Shown piece by piece: positions 8,819 to 17,656 of a stretch of 64,000 bases of DNA (positions are counted from its first letter, which is position 1; every line of letters begins with the position of its first letter). Both the position numbers and the translations under genes were made by a program. Under the pieces are notes generated by a model. The model was given only the letters and a program-made list of their open reading frames with translations. It was not told the DNA's origin and did no database searches. This DNA is from Acidocella sp. (GTDB lineage Bacteria; Pseudomonadota; Alphaproteobacteria; Acetobacterales; Acetobacteraceae): contig CBDAQL010000004.1 in the NCBI GenBank assembly GCA_965199045.1, positions 627-64,626 of the forward strand. Direction: 5' to 3'.

Positions 8819-10062
8819 CCGGAAATATGCTGATCTGGATTATTTCGGCGCTGGCAATTGCAGGGGTGATCGTGCGTCCGGCCAGAGTGCCGGAAGCGAT
8901 CTGGGCGGTCGGCGGGGCCTTGTTGCTCCTTGTCCTGGGCTGCATCAAACCGGAAACGGCTTGGCGCGGGATAGCGCGCGGTGCCGATGTGTATCTTTTC
9001 TTGACGGGAATGATGCTGTTGGCCGAGCTTGCTCGCACCCGCGGCTTGTTCGACTGGCTAGCGGCATTGGCCGTTCAACGGGCGCGGGGCTCAACGGCCC
9101 GCTTATTCGCCCTGATTTATGGCGTCGGCATAATCGTTACCGCTTTTCTGTCCAACGACGCGACGGCGGTGGTGTTGACGCCTGCCGTGGCGGCGGCGGC
9201 GCGGGCCGCAAAGGTGCGCGATCCGGTGCCGTATCTTCTCATTTGCGCCGTTATCGCGAATGCGGCTTCATTCATTCTGCCGATCTCGAATCCGGCCAAC
9301 CTGGTGGTCTATCACAGCGCGATGCCGCCGCTGTTAAGCTGGTGGACGGCCTACGCGCTGCCTTCATTGGCCGCAATCCTTGTCACCTTTTTCATGCTTT
9401 GGTGGGCGGAGCGGCGCACGCTGAAGGGCGATGTCGAAACCCATGTAGCGCTGCCGGAACTAAAAACCGGCGGGCATATGGCAGCCTGGGGCATTGCCGC
9501 CACAGCGATTTTGCTGCTGACCGCCTCCGCATTCGGCCAGCAGCTTGGGCTCCCGACCGCCGCGGCCGGCGCCTTCACTACGGTGGCTGTGTTGCTACGT
9601 GAGCGGGCCTCGCCATGGCCCCTGCTTAAAAATATTTCCTGGGGCGTGCTGGCGCTGGTCGCCGGACTATTCGTGTTGGTAGAGGCGTTGCAGCAGAGCG
9701 GGTTGATTGCCATGCTGGCATCGCTTTTGCGCCAGGCATCTGCCGGGGATGCGGCGCGGGCAGCATGGGCGGCTGGCGCCGCCGCGGCGCTTGCCAGCAA
9801 TCTTATGAATAATTTGCCGGTAGGGTTGATTGCCGGCAGCGCGGTCGAGGGCGGCAATATCAATCTGCACGTCACTCGAGCATTACTAATCGGGGTTGAT
9901 CTTGGTCCAAATCTTTCGGTGACGGGATCGCTCGCCACTATTCTTTGGCTCACCGCGCTGCGGCGCGAGGGGATCGAAATCAGCGGGTGGCGATTTCTGA
10001 GAGTTGGACTTTTGATTATGCCTACAGCCTTGATCGCCGCGCTGCTACTTGCAATTCATTGA
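8815..10062 (+). CDS. ArsB/NhaD-family (IT superfamily) permease
   Basis: FLSNDATAVVLTP, ANAASFILPISNPANLV and GVDLGPNLSVTGSLATILW; ATGA overlap with the MFS gene. Confidence 0.85.
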   Translation: MTGNMLIWIISALAIAGVIVRPARVPEAIWAVGGALLLLVLGCIKPETAWRGIARGADVYLFLTGMMLLAELARTRGLFDWLAALAVQRARGSTARLFALIYGVGIIVTAFLSNDATAVVLTPAVAAAARAAKVRDPVPYLLICAVIANAASFILPISNPANLVVYHSAMPPLLSWWTAYALPSLAAILVTFFMLWWAERRTLKGDVETHVALPELKTGGHMAAWGIAATAILLLTASAFGQQLGLPTAAAGAFTTVAVLLRERASPWPLLKNISWGVLALVAGLFVLVEALQQSGLIAMLASLLRQASAGDAARAAWAAGAAAALASNLMNNLPVGLIAGSAVEGGNINLHVTRALLIGVDLGPNLSVTGSLATILWLTALRREGIEISGWRFLRVGLLIMPTALIAALLLAIH

Positions 10063-10167
10063 CGGCAGCGCTTGCATAAAGCCAAAATGACCGGCTCCGT
10101 CTGGACATTGCCCCAAAGCAACTGGTTCAATTCGGCCGGAAGCGGAGGGTTTTTTGTCGAGGGCCGC

Positions 10168-12579
10168 TTAAGCTTGACTGCGAACGTCCGTGCCTGCGGC
10201 CAGCGCAGCTTGATCCTGGATTTTGAACAGCGCCAAGATCTCGCTGGCCGCAACGGGCTTGCTGAACAGGAACCCCTGTACTTCGTCGCACGCGTGGACG
10301 CGCAGGAACGCGTTCTGCTCCGGGGTTTCCACGCCTTCGGCCACAATCATCAGCCCAAGCGCCTTGCCCATATCGATAATTGCCCGGGCGATTGCATTAT
10401 CCGCGGCATTATGCGGCAAATCGCGAACAAAGGACTGGTCGATTTTTATGATGTCGATCGGGAAACGCCTGAGCATCGACATCGATGAGTAACCGGTGCC
10501 GAAATCATCGATCGCGACCCGCACCCCCCGGCTCTGGATCGCATTTAGCGTCCGGATCGCGCGTTCGACATTCAACAGCACCATATTCTCGGTAATTTCA
10601 ATCTGCAGGTGCCGCGGGTCCATCCCGCACGCGCCCAGGGCAGAGTCGATATCGGCCAGCAGATACTCATCGGAGAACTGCCGGGGTGAGACGTTTACCG
10701 CTATGGATTTGACCGGCAAAGCCTCAGCTTGCCAGCGCGTGAACTGCAGGCAGGCGGTATTCAGCACCCAGCGGCCGATTGCAATGATCAGCCCGGTTTC
10801 CTCCGCTACAGGAATGAAATCCATCGGCGATATCATGCCCATTGTTGGATGGTTCCAACGCAGCAGCGCCTCGACGCCTGAAATCTGCCTGCTCTCAACA
10901 TCGACCTTTGGCTGATAGACCAGCGTGAACTCGCCTCGGTGAAGCGCCTGGCGAAGGTCTGCTTCCATTGCCAATCGGCCGGAGGATTGCGCCCCGATAT
11001 CGGCCGAGAAGAATCGGACGTCGTTCTTGCCCTCGGTTTTAGCAAGATACATTGCGGTGTCGGCATGGCGCATCAGCGTGTCGACATCGGTACCATCCTG
11101 AGGGAAGATGGCAATTCCGATGCTGCCGGTTACGTGGCATTCATGGCCGTTCAATTCCACCGGAATGCCCAGAATCGCAACCAGGTTCCTGGCCACTCCA
11201 CGCACTTCTTCCGCATCGGAAATCTCATTGAGCAAGACCATGAACTCATCGCCGCCCAGGCGTGCCACCACATCGTCGGCGCGCACCCCGCTGCGCAAAC
11301 GCGACGCCACCTCGACCAACAGGCGGTCTCCCGCGGCGTGGCCAAGCGAATCGTTAATAACTTTAAAGCGGTCGAGATCGACGAACAAAACCGCGCAGCG
11401 GCGATGGTAGCGGCGCGCGGCTCTCAGCGAATTACCTAGAAGTTCGTTGAAAGTCGCCCGATTAGGCAAATTCGTCAGGCTGTCATGGGTTGCTAAATGC
11501 CGGATCCGGTCGTCCGCCAGCTTGCGTTCTTCGGCACGTTCGAAATTCTCGAACGCGAACGAAACATTGGCGGCAAGGCGTTCGAGGATCGTCACGAGAT
11601 CGGGGGTGAAGGTTCCAACTTCTGCAGACGTCACATTCATGACCGCAATCGCCTTGCCCCGGCTGCCCAAAGCCACGGAAACCATCGACTGCGCATTAAT
11701 CGCCTGGATCACATCAAAATACACCGTGCCGGCATATTCCTTCAATAAATCATTGCACACCTGGGTCTTGCCGGTCAGTAAGGCGATGCCTGAAGTGCTT
11801 AACTTGCTGGTATCCTCGTCTCGTAACGGGACCGCATAATCCTGATAGGATTGAATCATCGTTCCGGCGCCAGCGACGTAGCGGAAAAAACTTTTGGTTT
11901 CATCTGGCTCGGACACCGAGACGCCTGCAAAATTTCCGCCATTGACCACGGTCTCGCAAATCAGCTGGTATAGGTTGCTGCGATTATCGGCCCGCATCAG
12001 AGTCTCGTTCGTTGCACTTAACGTCGCAACCAACAGGTTAAACCGTGCCGTGCGCTCGTCGCGCGCAAGGCGATCCCACCTGAAGGCCAGGTTTCCGGCT
12101 ATCCGCGCCAGTTCCAAAGCAAGCGCATCGCCGATGCAATGCGGTGTGTCGAAATAAAATAGTACGACGCCCAGGGCCTGGTCTTCAATAAGCATTGGTA
12201 CCGCGGCGCCGGTACCAGAATGCTGGCCAGGGTCCGGCGGGTAGCCTAGAGTGGCTGGCGCGTCGGCTGCGTACTCATTGGCAAGGCGTATAGTTTTACT
12301 TCGGAATGCGGATTCCGCGAGATCGCTACTCGCGTCGGTCAGCGGCGATGCCGGGGGGCCCGGATCGGCTGGGGCGATCGCGCTCGCCTCAATCCGGAGC
12401 TCGCCATCCTGGTTTGGGACGAGGACTGCCATGGCAGCCAACCACGTGCCGGTGACCGCAGCGTCGCAAACCAGCTGAAACAGGCCTTCGCGGGATGGCG
12501 CCCGCAAAATGGCGTCCGCGATTGCGTTGAGAACAGCTTGGCTGCGGTTGTTTGTGACATCGTAATCGTGTTGCTGCAC
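10168..12579 (-). CDS. GAF-GAF-GGDEF-EAL diguanylate cyclase/phosphodiesterase
   Basis: ATHDSLTNLPNR, RADD I-site, ARLGGDEF, EALLRW and DDFGTGYSS; two GAF-like repeats at the N-terminus; GTG start. Confidence 0.92.
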   Translation of the reverse strand: MQQHDYDVTNNRSQAVLNAIADAILRAPSREGLFQLVCDAAVTGTWLAAMAVLVPNQDGELRIEASAIAPADPGPPASPLTDASSDLAESAFRSKTIRLANEYAADAPATLGYPPDPGQHSGTGAAVPMLIEDQALGVVLFYFDTPHCIGDALALELARIAGNLAFRWDRLARDERTARFNLLVATLSATNETLMRADNRSNLYQLICETVVNGGNFAGVSVSEPDETKSFFRYVAGAGTMIQSYQDYAVPLRDEDTSKLSTSGIALLTGKTQVCNDLLKEYAGTVYFDVIQAINAQSMVSVALGSRGKAIAVMNVTSAEVGTFTPDLVTILERLAANVSFAFENFERAEERKLADDRIRHLATHDSLTNLPNRATFNELLGNSLRAARRYHRRCAVLFVDLDRFKVINDSLGHAAGDRLLVEVASRLRSGVRADDVVARLGGDEFMVLLNEISDAEEVRGVARNLVAILGIPVELNGHECHVTGSIGIAIFPQDGTDVDTLMRHADTAMYLAKTEGKNDVRFFSADIGAQSSGRLAMEADLRQALHRGEFTLVYQPKVDVESRQISGVEALLRWNHPTMGMISPMDFIPVAEETGLIIAIGRWVLNTACLQFTRWQAEALPVKSIAVNVSPRQFSDEYLLADIDSALGACGMDPRHLQIEITENMVLLNVERAIRTLNAIQSRGVRVAIDDFGTGYSSMSMLRRFPIDIIKIDQSFVRDLPHNAADNAIARAIIDMGKALGLMIVAEGVETPEQNAFLRVHACDEVQGFLFSKPVAASEILALFKIQDQAALAAGTDVRSQA

Positions 12580-13018
12580 GTGCTAGCCCCACCCAAGCAG
12601 CGTGATTTGCCAGAAGATTCGAGGCTTGTCGGATGCGGGCATTGATAGTGGATTAAGTCTGAGGCTGGTTGGCGAACGGCAGCCAGGCTTCCCGGGGAAC
12701 CGCGCCGTAGCGGACGGATAGATTGCGGGCGCGCAGCTTTGGCAACGCTGACCGCCTGTCTGCCGGGCCTAAATCGCTGGTTAACCGTTTCATATTCACC
12801 ACCTCTAACAGATATTGCCGAGAAACGATATTGCGATTAACGAAATCGAGATGTCGCGGCGGGGCTTTGTTTTAGCCTTTTATTTCAATGGGTTAGGTTG
12901 TGAGCGACCGGAGGGGCGGCTAGCGGGTTGAAAACATTCTTCTAACGGACGAGTTGTCTGATGCTCGATTGTAAACCCTGACCTGGCGCACGGACGGGGC
13001 GCTGCATTTGGTGATAAC

Positions 13019-13065
13019 GTCGCATTGTTCATCCTGCGATGAAGTCGCATTGTTCATCCTGCGAC
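13019..13065. repeat. Two 21-bp identical tandem copies (25-bp period) of a palindromic site GTCGCA-N10-TGCGA(T/C)
   Basis: gtcgcattgttcatcctgcga at 13019-13039 and 13044-13064; each copy has TCGCA/TGCGA inverted arms. Confidence 0.85.
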
Positions 13066-13392
13066 GAATATGTCAGCCTCCGGCCTGCACCGATGGACAG
13101 GTGGAACCTGACCGGGATGGGCGCCAGGCAGGCGGCTTGAACTGGCCGGGAGCGGCCTCAGCCTTTTGCAGTAAAACGCTCCAGGACGGCGTTCGATCAG
13201 ACGCTATACAGGTTCATCTTTAGTGCCTTTGCCGGTTCGAACCCTATAATCCAAACGTTAGCCAACCCTATTCAATTTCAGGAGGCTTTAAGAACCCGAA
13301 CTTAAGCTTTGGCGCCGAAGATGTGGAAACATGACCGAGTGTGAGTTTCCGCAAGGGCTACAATTTACGGCAAGGACGAGAAGTATATCGCG

Positions 13393-14787
13393 ATGACCGT
13401 CCTGCTGATCAATCCATTAGGAGCGCTGAAGAAAGACGCGCTGGGCCCGGTGGAGTTGCTGGCACAGAATTTCGCCCTGATTTCGCCGACCATGACGGCG
13501 GCCCTGGTCGTGCCCCTCATGTATGCCACCACCGGTAACTGGAGCTGGCTGTCCTATGGGCTGGGGACGGTGATGCTGCTCTTCGTGGCGCTTAATCTCA
13601 ACCAGTTTGCATCTCGCTTCGCCGGCTCCGGCTCGATGTATCAATATATTCGCAAGGGGCTGGGAGATTTCGCCGGCGGCCTCGGTGGCTGGGTGCTGAT
13701 CTGGTGCTATCTTGGAATTTCCATTGCCGGCCTGACGGGGTTCGCCACCTTTGCGCAGACTTTGCTAAAGATGGCTGGGTTCAATTGCCCCACGCTTGTA
13801 TTATTCGCCAGCTGTATCGCCGTATCCGGGTATTGCGCGTGGAAAAACGTCACGTTGTCGGCCAAGGTGATGTTGATACTGGAGGGAGTCTCCGTTGTGC
13901 TCATCACGCTGCTTTGTTTGGTGGCATTGGGCTTCCATGGGCTGGCCGGCGATAAGCTGCAATTCGCGCCGGACACATTCTCGATCAACAAACTCTCGCT
14001 CGGTGTCGTGGTCGCGGTGTTCTCGCTGGTGGGCTTTGAGTCCGCCACGGCATTTGGTGGAGAGGCCCGCCAACCCCTTAAATCCGTGCCCTGGGCGGTC
14101 ATCGTCAGTCTGATAATCGGCGGCGCCTTCTTTGTGTTTGTCACTTATGTTGAAGTGCTGGCAACGCATGGTAACAACCCGCCGCTTGACCAGCTGTCAG
14201 CACCGCTGAACACCATTGCCGGTCTGGTGCAAATGCCCTGGCTCGCTGCTCCGCTTTCGGCATGCGCAATGGTCAGCTTTTTTGCATTGAACTTGTCCTG
14301 CCTGAATGCCGGCGCCCGTATCATCTACATCATGGGTCAACAGGGATTGTTCCATGAATATACCGCCGCCTCGCACAAGGTAAACGAGACCCCGCATGTT
14401 GCGGTAATTATCATGGGCGCATTGTCCGCCGGCCTGCCAACCCTGGGTGCGATCAAGGGCATTGCCGTGGGTGACATGTTTAATGATGGCGGGACATTGG
14501 CCGCCTTCGGATTTATTGTCGCCTATGTTCTGGTTACGATCGCAGCACCGCTTTTTGTAAAATCGTTGGGCGAACTGAAACCGGTGCACGTTATTATCGC
14601 CGCGGTGTCGCTGATGCTGTTGCTGGTGCCGACCATCGGCAGCGTATATCCGGTGCCCCCAGCGCCCATAAAATATTTCCCTTACATGTTCGGTGCGTAT
14701 TTTATTCTGGGCGGGATATGGATCGCATTTCGAAACCATCAGCTGGCAGGCGCAAATGGAGGCCTTCCCAAACTGGAAGGCGCCTAG
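13393..14787 (+). CDS. APC-family amino acid/amine permease
   Basis: LKKDALG..LLAQNFALISPT, GSMYQYI and GFESATAFGGEA motifs; about 12 TM segments. Confidence 0.88.
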   Translation: MTVLLINPLGALKKDALGPVELLAQNFALISPTMTAALVVPLMYATTGNWSWLSYGLGTVMLLFVALNLNQFASRFAGSGSMYQYIRKGLGDFAGGLGGWVLIWCYLGISIAGLTGFATFAQTLLKMAGFNCPTLVLFASCIAVSGYCAWKNVTLSAKVMLILEGVSVVLITLLCLVALGFHGLAGDKLQFAPDTFSINKLSLGVVVAVFSLVGFESATAFGGEARQPLKSVPWAVIVSLIIGGAFFVFVTYVEVLATHGNNPPLDQLSAPLNTIAGLVQMPWLAAPLSACAMVSFFALNLSCLNAGARIIYIMGQQGLFHEYTAASHKVNETPHVAVIIMGALSAGLPTLGAIKGIAVGDMFNDGGTLAAFGFIVAYVLVTIAAPLFVKSLGELKPVHVIIAAVSLMLLLVPTIGSVYPVPPAPIKYFPYMFGAYFILGGIWIAFRNHQLAGANGGLPKLEGA

Positions 14788-14796
14788 CATGGCACG

Positions 14797-17514
14797 ATGC
14801 CGCAGCAGCTGCTTATGAGAATTCCACGCTTTTCAGATATCCCGATTGTCTACAAGATCAGCCTTCCTCAAGCCTTTGCGCTCCTCATACTCGGAAGTGT
14901 TGGCGCGTTCCTGGTGGGTTCGCAACAACGGCAAACACTGGTGTTGGAAGCGGCGATCGGAGCTGACACCGCGCAAGCCAAACTTGCCGTGGCGGCGCGA
15001 AGCTTGACCATTATCAATAACCAGCTTTACGCGCTTACCGCCGCCCAGGCCCTGGGTAGTTCGCAAGACGATCGTCAAAAATCCCTGCAGAACATCCTGG
15101 ACGAAGTAGACGATGTTGGTACTAATCTCGCAACACTCGGTCCGCAACTATCAAACCAACAAGGCAACAGCTTAGCCGGCATCTTGCAGGACCTTGCAAG
15201 CTATCGGAGTGTGATCGAGCCAGCGCGATTGCCACGCAACGTCGATTTCCGTGCAGCGGCCGCGGGGCTGCCGCCATTCGGCCTCGCTTACGCGCAAATA
15301 ACGCGGGTACTCAATCAGACCTCTCAAAGCCTGGCCGAGACGACCACCGAGCAGGTAGGTAACAGCGTAAACGAAACGAATTTCATCAGCAGAGTAATGT
15401 TCATTCTGGTCTGTTGCACTTTGCTGCTGACGATGACGGTGGCGCCATTAATCACCACGGCGGTGCAGCGGGCTATCATACTGATTTGCGAGGCCACGGT
15501 GTGTCTGGCTTCCGGCCGCAATGATGTTGATCTGGAGCGCCTTGAGCGGGGCGATGAATTTGGTGCAATTGTTCGGTCGATGATCATCTTTCGTGAGAAT
15601 CAATACCGGATCATTGCATTAAACGCCGAGAGTGCGGCGATGCAGGCCCAGCAGGAAGCAACGCGCATTGATCAGGAACGCATCACCTGCATGATCTCGG
15701 CGTTAAGCGCGACCAACGAAGCAATATTGCATGCCGAGACCCGCGGCAAACTGTTTCAACTGGTGTGCGAGGCGGCTGTGCTTGGTGGCAAATTCTCCGG
15801 GGCCAGCATCGCGTTGCCAGACCCCGGCGGTAACTTCCTTCGCTTTGTGGCGGTCGACGGTCCTATTGGAGAGCGGTTGCGCGAGATCGAAATACCGCTC
15901 CGCTCGGCGCGGTCTGGCGTGCCGTCGATGGTTGCAAATGCCTTCCTTACAAAGACCCCGTGCGTTGAAAACAATCTTCAAATACATCGAGCTGTAAGCG
16001 ATGGCCTTCCAGAGATTGAGGCGCATTCCGCGGCGGCTGTACCGCTGATTAGCGATAGCAAAGCGGTGTGTGTCCTGCTTTTTCTGTCCGCGGAACCGAA
16101 CACATTTATCCTTGCCTTTGTTGAACTGCTTCAACGTCTGACCCGCAACGTTGCGTTTGCGCTTGAGAACCTTGATCGTGCCGGTGAAAAGCAGCAGGCT
16201 GAAGAGCGGATCAGGCATCTTGCGACCCATGATGGTTTGACCGATTTGCCAAACCGGACGCTTTTCAATCAGCTGTTGGAGTTTTCCATCCAGACTGCGA
16301 AACGCCATCAACAATCTTGCGCCGTCTTATTCGTCGATCTGGACAGGTTCAAGCTGATCAACGACTCCCTTGGTCATGCCGCGGGGGACGCATTGTTGGT
16401 GGAGATGGCGCGCAGGCTGCGCGACAGCGTGCGTGCGTGTGACGTCGTGGCTAGGATTGGCGGCGACGAATTCGTGGTGCTGTTAAATGAGATCAACGGC
16501 GCGCATCAGGTTAAAAGAATGGCGGACCGCATCTTGTCCTGCCTTAGCGAGTCCATTGATTTGAACGGTCAGGAATGCCGTGTTACCGCCAGTATCGGCA
16601 TAGCCATCTATCCGGATGACGGTATTGATGACAAGACGCTAACGCAACACGCTGATCTGGCAATGTACCTTGCTAAAACGGAGGGCAAGAATGGCGTCCG
16701 GCTGTTTACGCCGCAGATTAAATCACAATCAGCCGATAGGTTGCTGATCGAATCGGACTTGCGAAATGCCTTGCATCGGGATGAACTTCGTCTGCATTAC
16801 CAGCCGAAACTCGATGTTCGTAAAAATCATATTTGCGGTGTCGAGGCCTTGGTGCGCTGGCAGCATCCCCAACTCGGATTGCTGGCACCGGTGCGGTTTA
16901 TCCCAATAGCGGAGGAAACCGACCTGATCCTTCCGATCGGAAGCTGGGTCATAAAGACCGCTTGTGCTCAGAACATAGCTTGGCAACAACAGGGGTTTGA
17001 CGATATGTCCATGGCGGTTAATGTCTCACCGCGGCAATTCATGGACGATAATCTGCTGCGGGATATTGACGATGCACTCGCCACCAGCGGCATGGAACCA
17101 AAACTCCTGCAGATAGAAATAACCGAGAGCATGGTTATGCTCAATATCGAACGGGCGATCCGGATCCTTAACTCAATTCATGAGCGCGGTGTACGATTGG
17201 CGATCGATGATTTCGGAACCGGATATTCGTCAATGTCGATGCTAAAGCGCTTTCCGATCGACACCATCAAGATCGATCGCTCTTTCGTTCAGGAGCTGCC
17301 GCAGAACACTCAGGACAAGGCCATTGCAAGCGCGATTATCAACATGGGAAAGGCGCTTGGACTTAGGATTGTTGCTGAAGGTGTGGAAACAGTTGAGCAG
17401 GAGGAATTTTTAGTGGACCAGGGATGTGACGAAATACAAGGCTATTTGTTTAGTAAACCTGGTCCGGCCGAAAAAATCGCTCAGCTTTTCAGGCTTCCTG
17501 TTGTAACTTCCTGA
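14797..17514 (+). CDS. Membrane sensor-HAMP-GAF-GGDEF-EAL protein
   Basis: TM-helical sensor-TM, HAMP (ERGDEFGAIVRSMIIFREN), GAF, RACD I-site, ARIGGDEF, EALVRW and DDFGTGYSS. Confidence 0.9.
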   Translation: MPQQLLMRIPRFSDIPIVYKISLPQAFALLILGSVGAFLVGSQQRQTLVLEAAIGADTAQAKLAVAARSLTIINNQLYALTAAQALGSSQDDRQKSLQNILDEVDDVGTNLATLGPQLSNQQGNSLAGILQDLASYRSVIEPARLPRNVDFRAAAAGLPPFGLAYAQITRVLNQTSQSLAETTTEQVGNSVNETNFISRVMFILVCCTLLLTMTVAPLITTAVQRAIILICEATVCLASGRNDVDLERLERGDEFGAIVRSMIIFRENQYRIIALNAESAAMQAQQEATRIDQERITCMISALSATNEAILHAETRGKLFQLVCEAAVLGGKFSGASIALPDPGGNFLRFVAVDGPIGERLREIEIPLRSARSGVPSMVANAFLTKTPCVENNLQIHRAVSDGLPEIEAHSAAAVPLISDSKAVCVLLFLSAEPNTFILAFVELLQRLTRNVAFALENLDRAGEKQQAEERIRHLATHDGLTDLPNRTLFNQLLEFSIQTAKRHQQSCAVLFVDLDRFKLINDSLGHAAGDALLVEMARRLRDSVRACDVVARIGGDEFVVLLNEINGAHQVKRMADRILSCLSESIDLNGQECRVTASIGIAIYPDDGIDDKTLTQHADLAMYLAKTEGKNGVRLFTPQIKSQSADRLLIESDLRNALHRDELRLHYQPKLDVRKNHICGVEALVRWQHPQLGLLAPVRFIPIAEETDLILPIGSWVIKTACAQNIAWQQQGFDDMSMAVNVSPRQFMDDNLLRDIDDALATSGMEPKLLQIEITESMVMLNIERAIRILNSIHERGVRLAIDDFGTGYSSMSMLKRFPIDTIKIDRSFVQELPQNTQDKAIASAIINMGKALGLRIVAEGVETVEQEEFLVDQGCDEIQGYLFSKPGPAEKIAQLFRLPVVTS

Positions 17515-17656
17515 TGGATCGGCGTTATGAAAATAACGTCGATAGACTGCGGCAGACCGGTATTTGGCTCCTGGGTAACTCTACGCCCAGCCATTGAGGC
17601 AGCCGGATATTGAACGCGTTAGGTACGCGATATGGATCGGGTGCGCCGAATTATCT

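Noticed and set aside
12872-12897. TTAGCCTTTTATTTCAATGGGTTAGG, resembling sequences seen at integrative-element ends
   Set aside because: No integrase, tRNA or matching second copy in the window; short AT-rich similarity only.
13019-13065. Tandem repeat as a mini-CRISPR
   Set aside because: Only two copies with a 4-nt gap, no spacers and no cas genes.
13231-13247. GGTTCGAACCC tRNA T-loop-like motif
   Set aside because: Only 2 of 5 T-stem pairs form, and there is no acceptor, D or anticodon arm.
14790-14804. TGGCACG..GC sigma-54-like promoter
   Set aside because: GG-to-GC spacing is 9 nt rather than 10, and it overlaps the next start codon.
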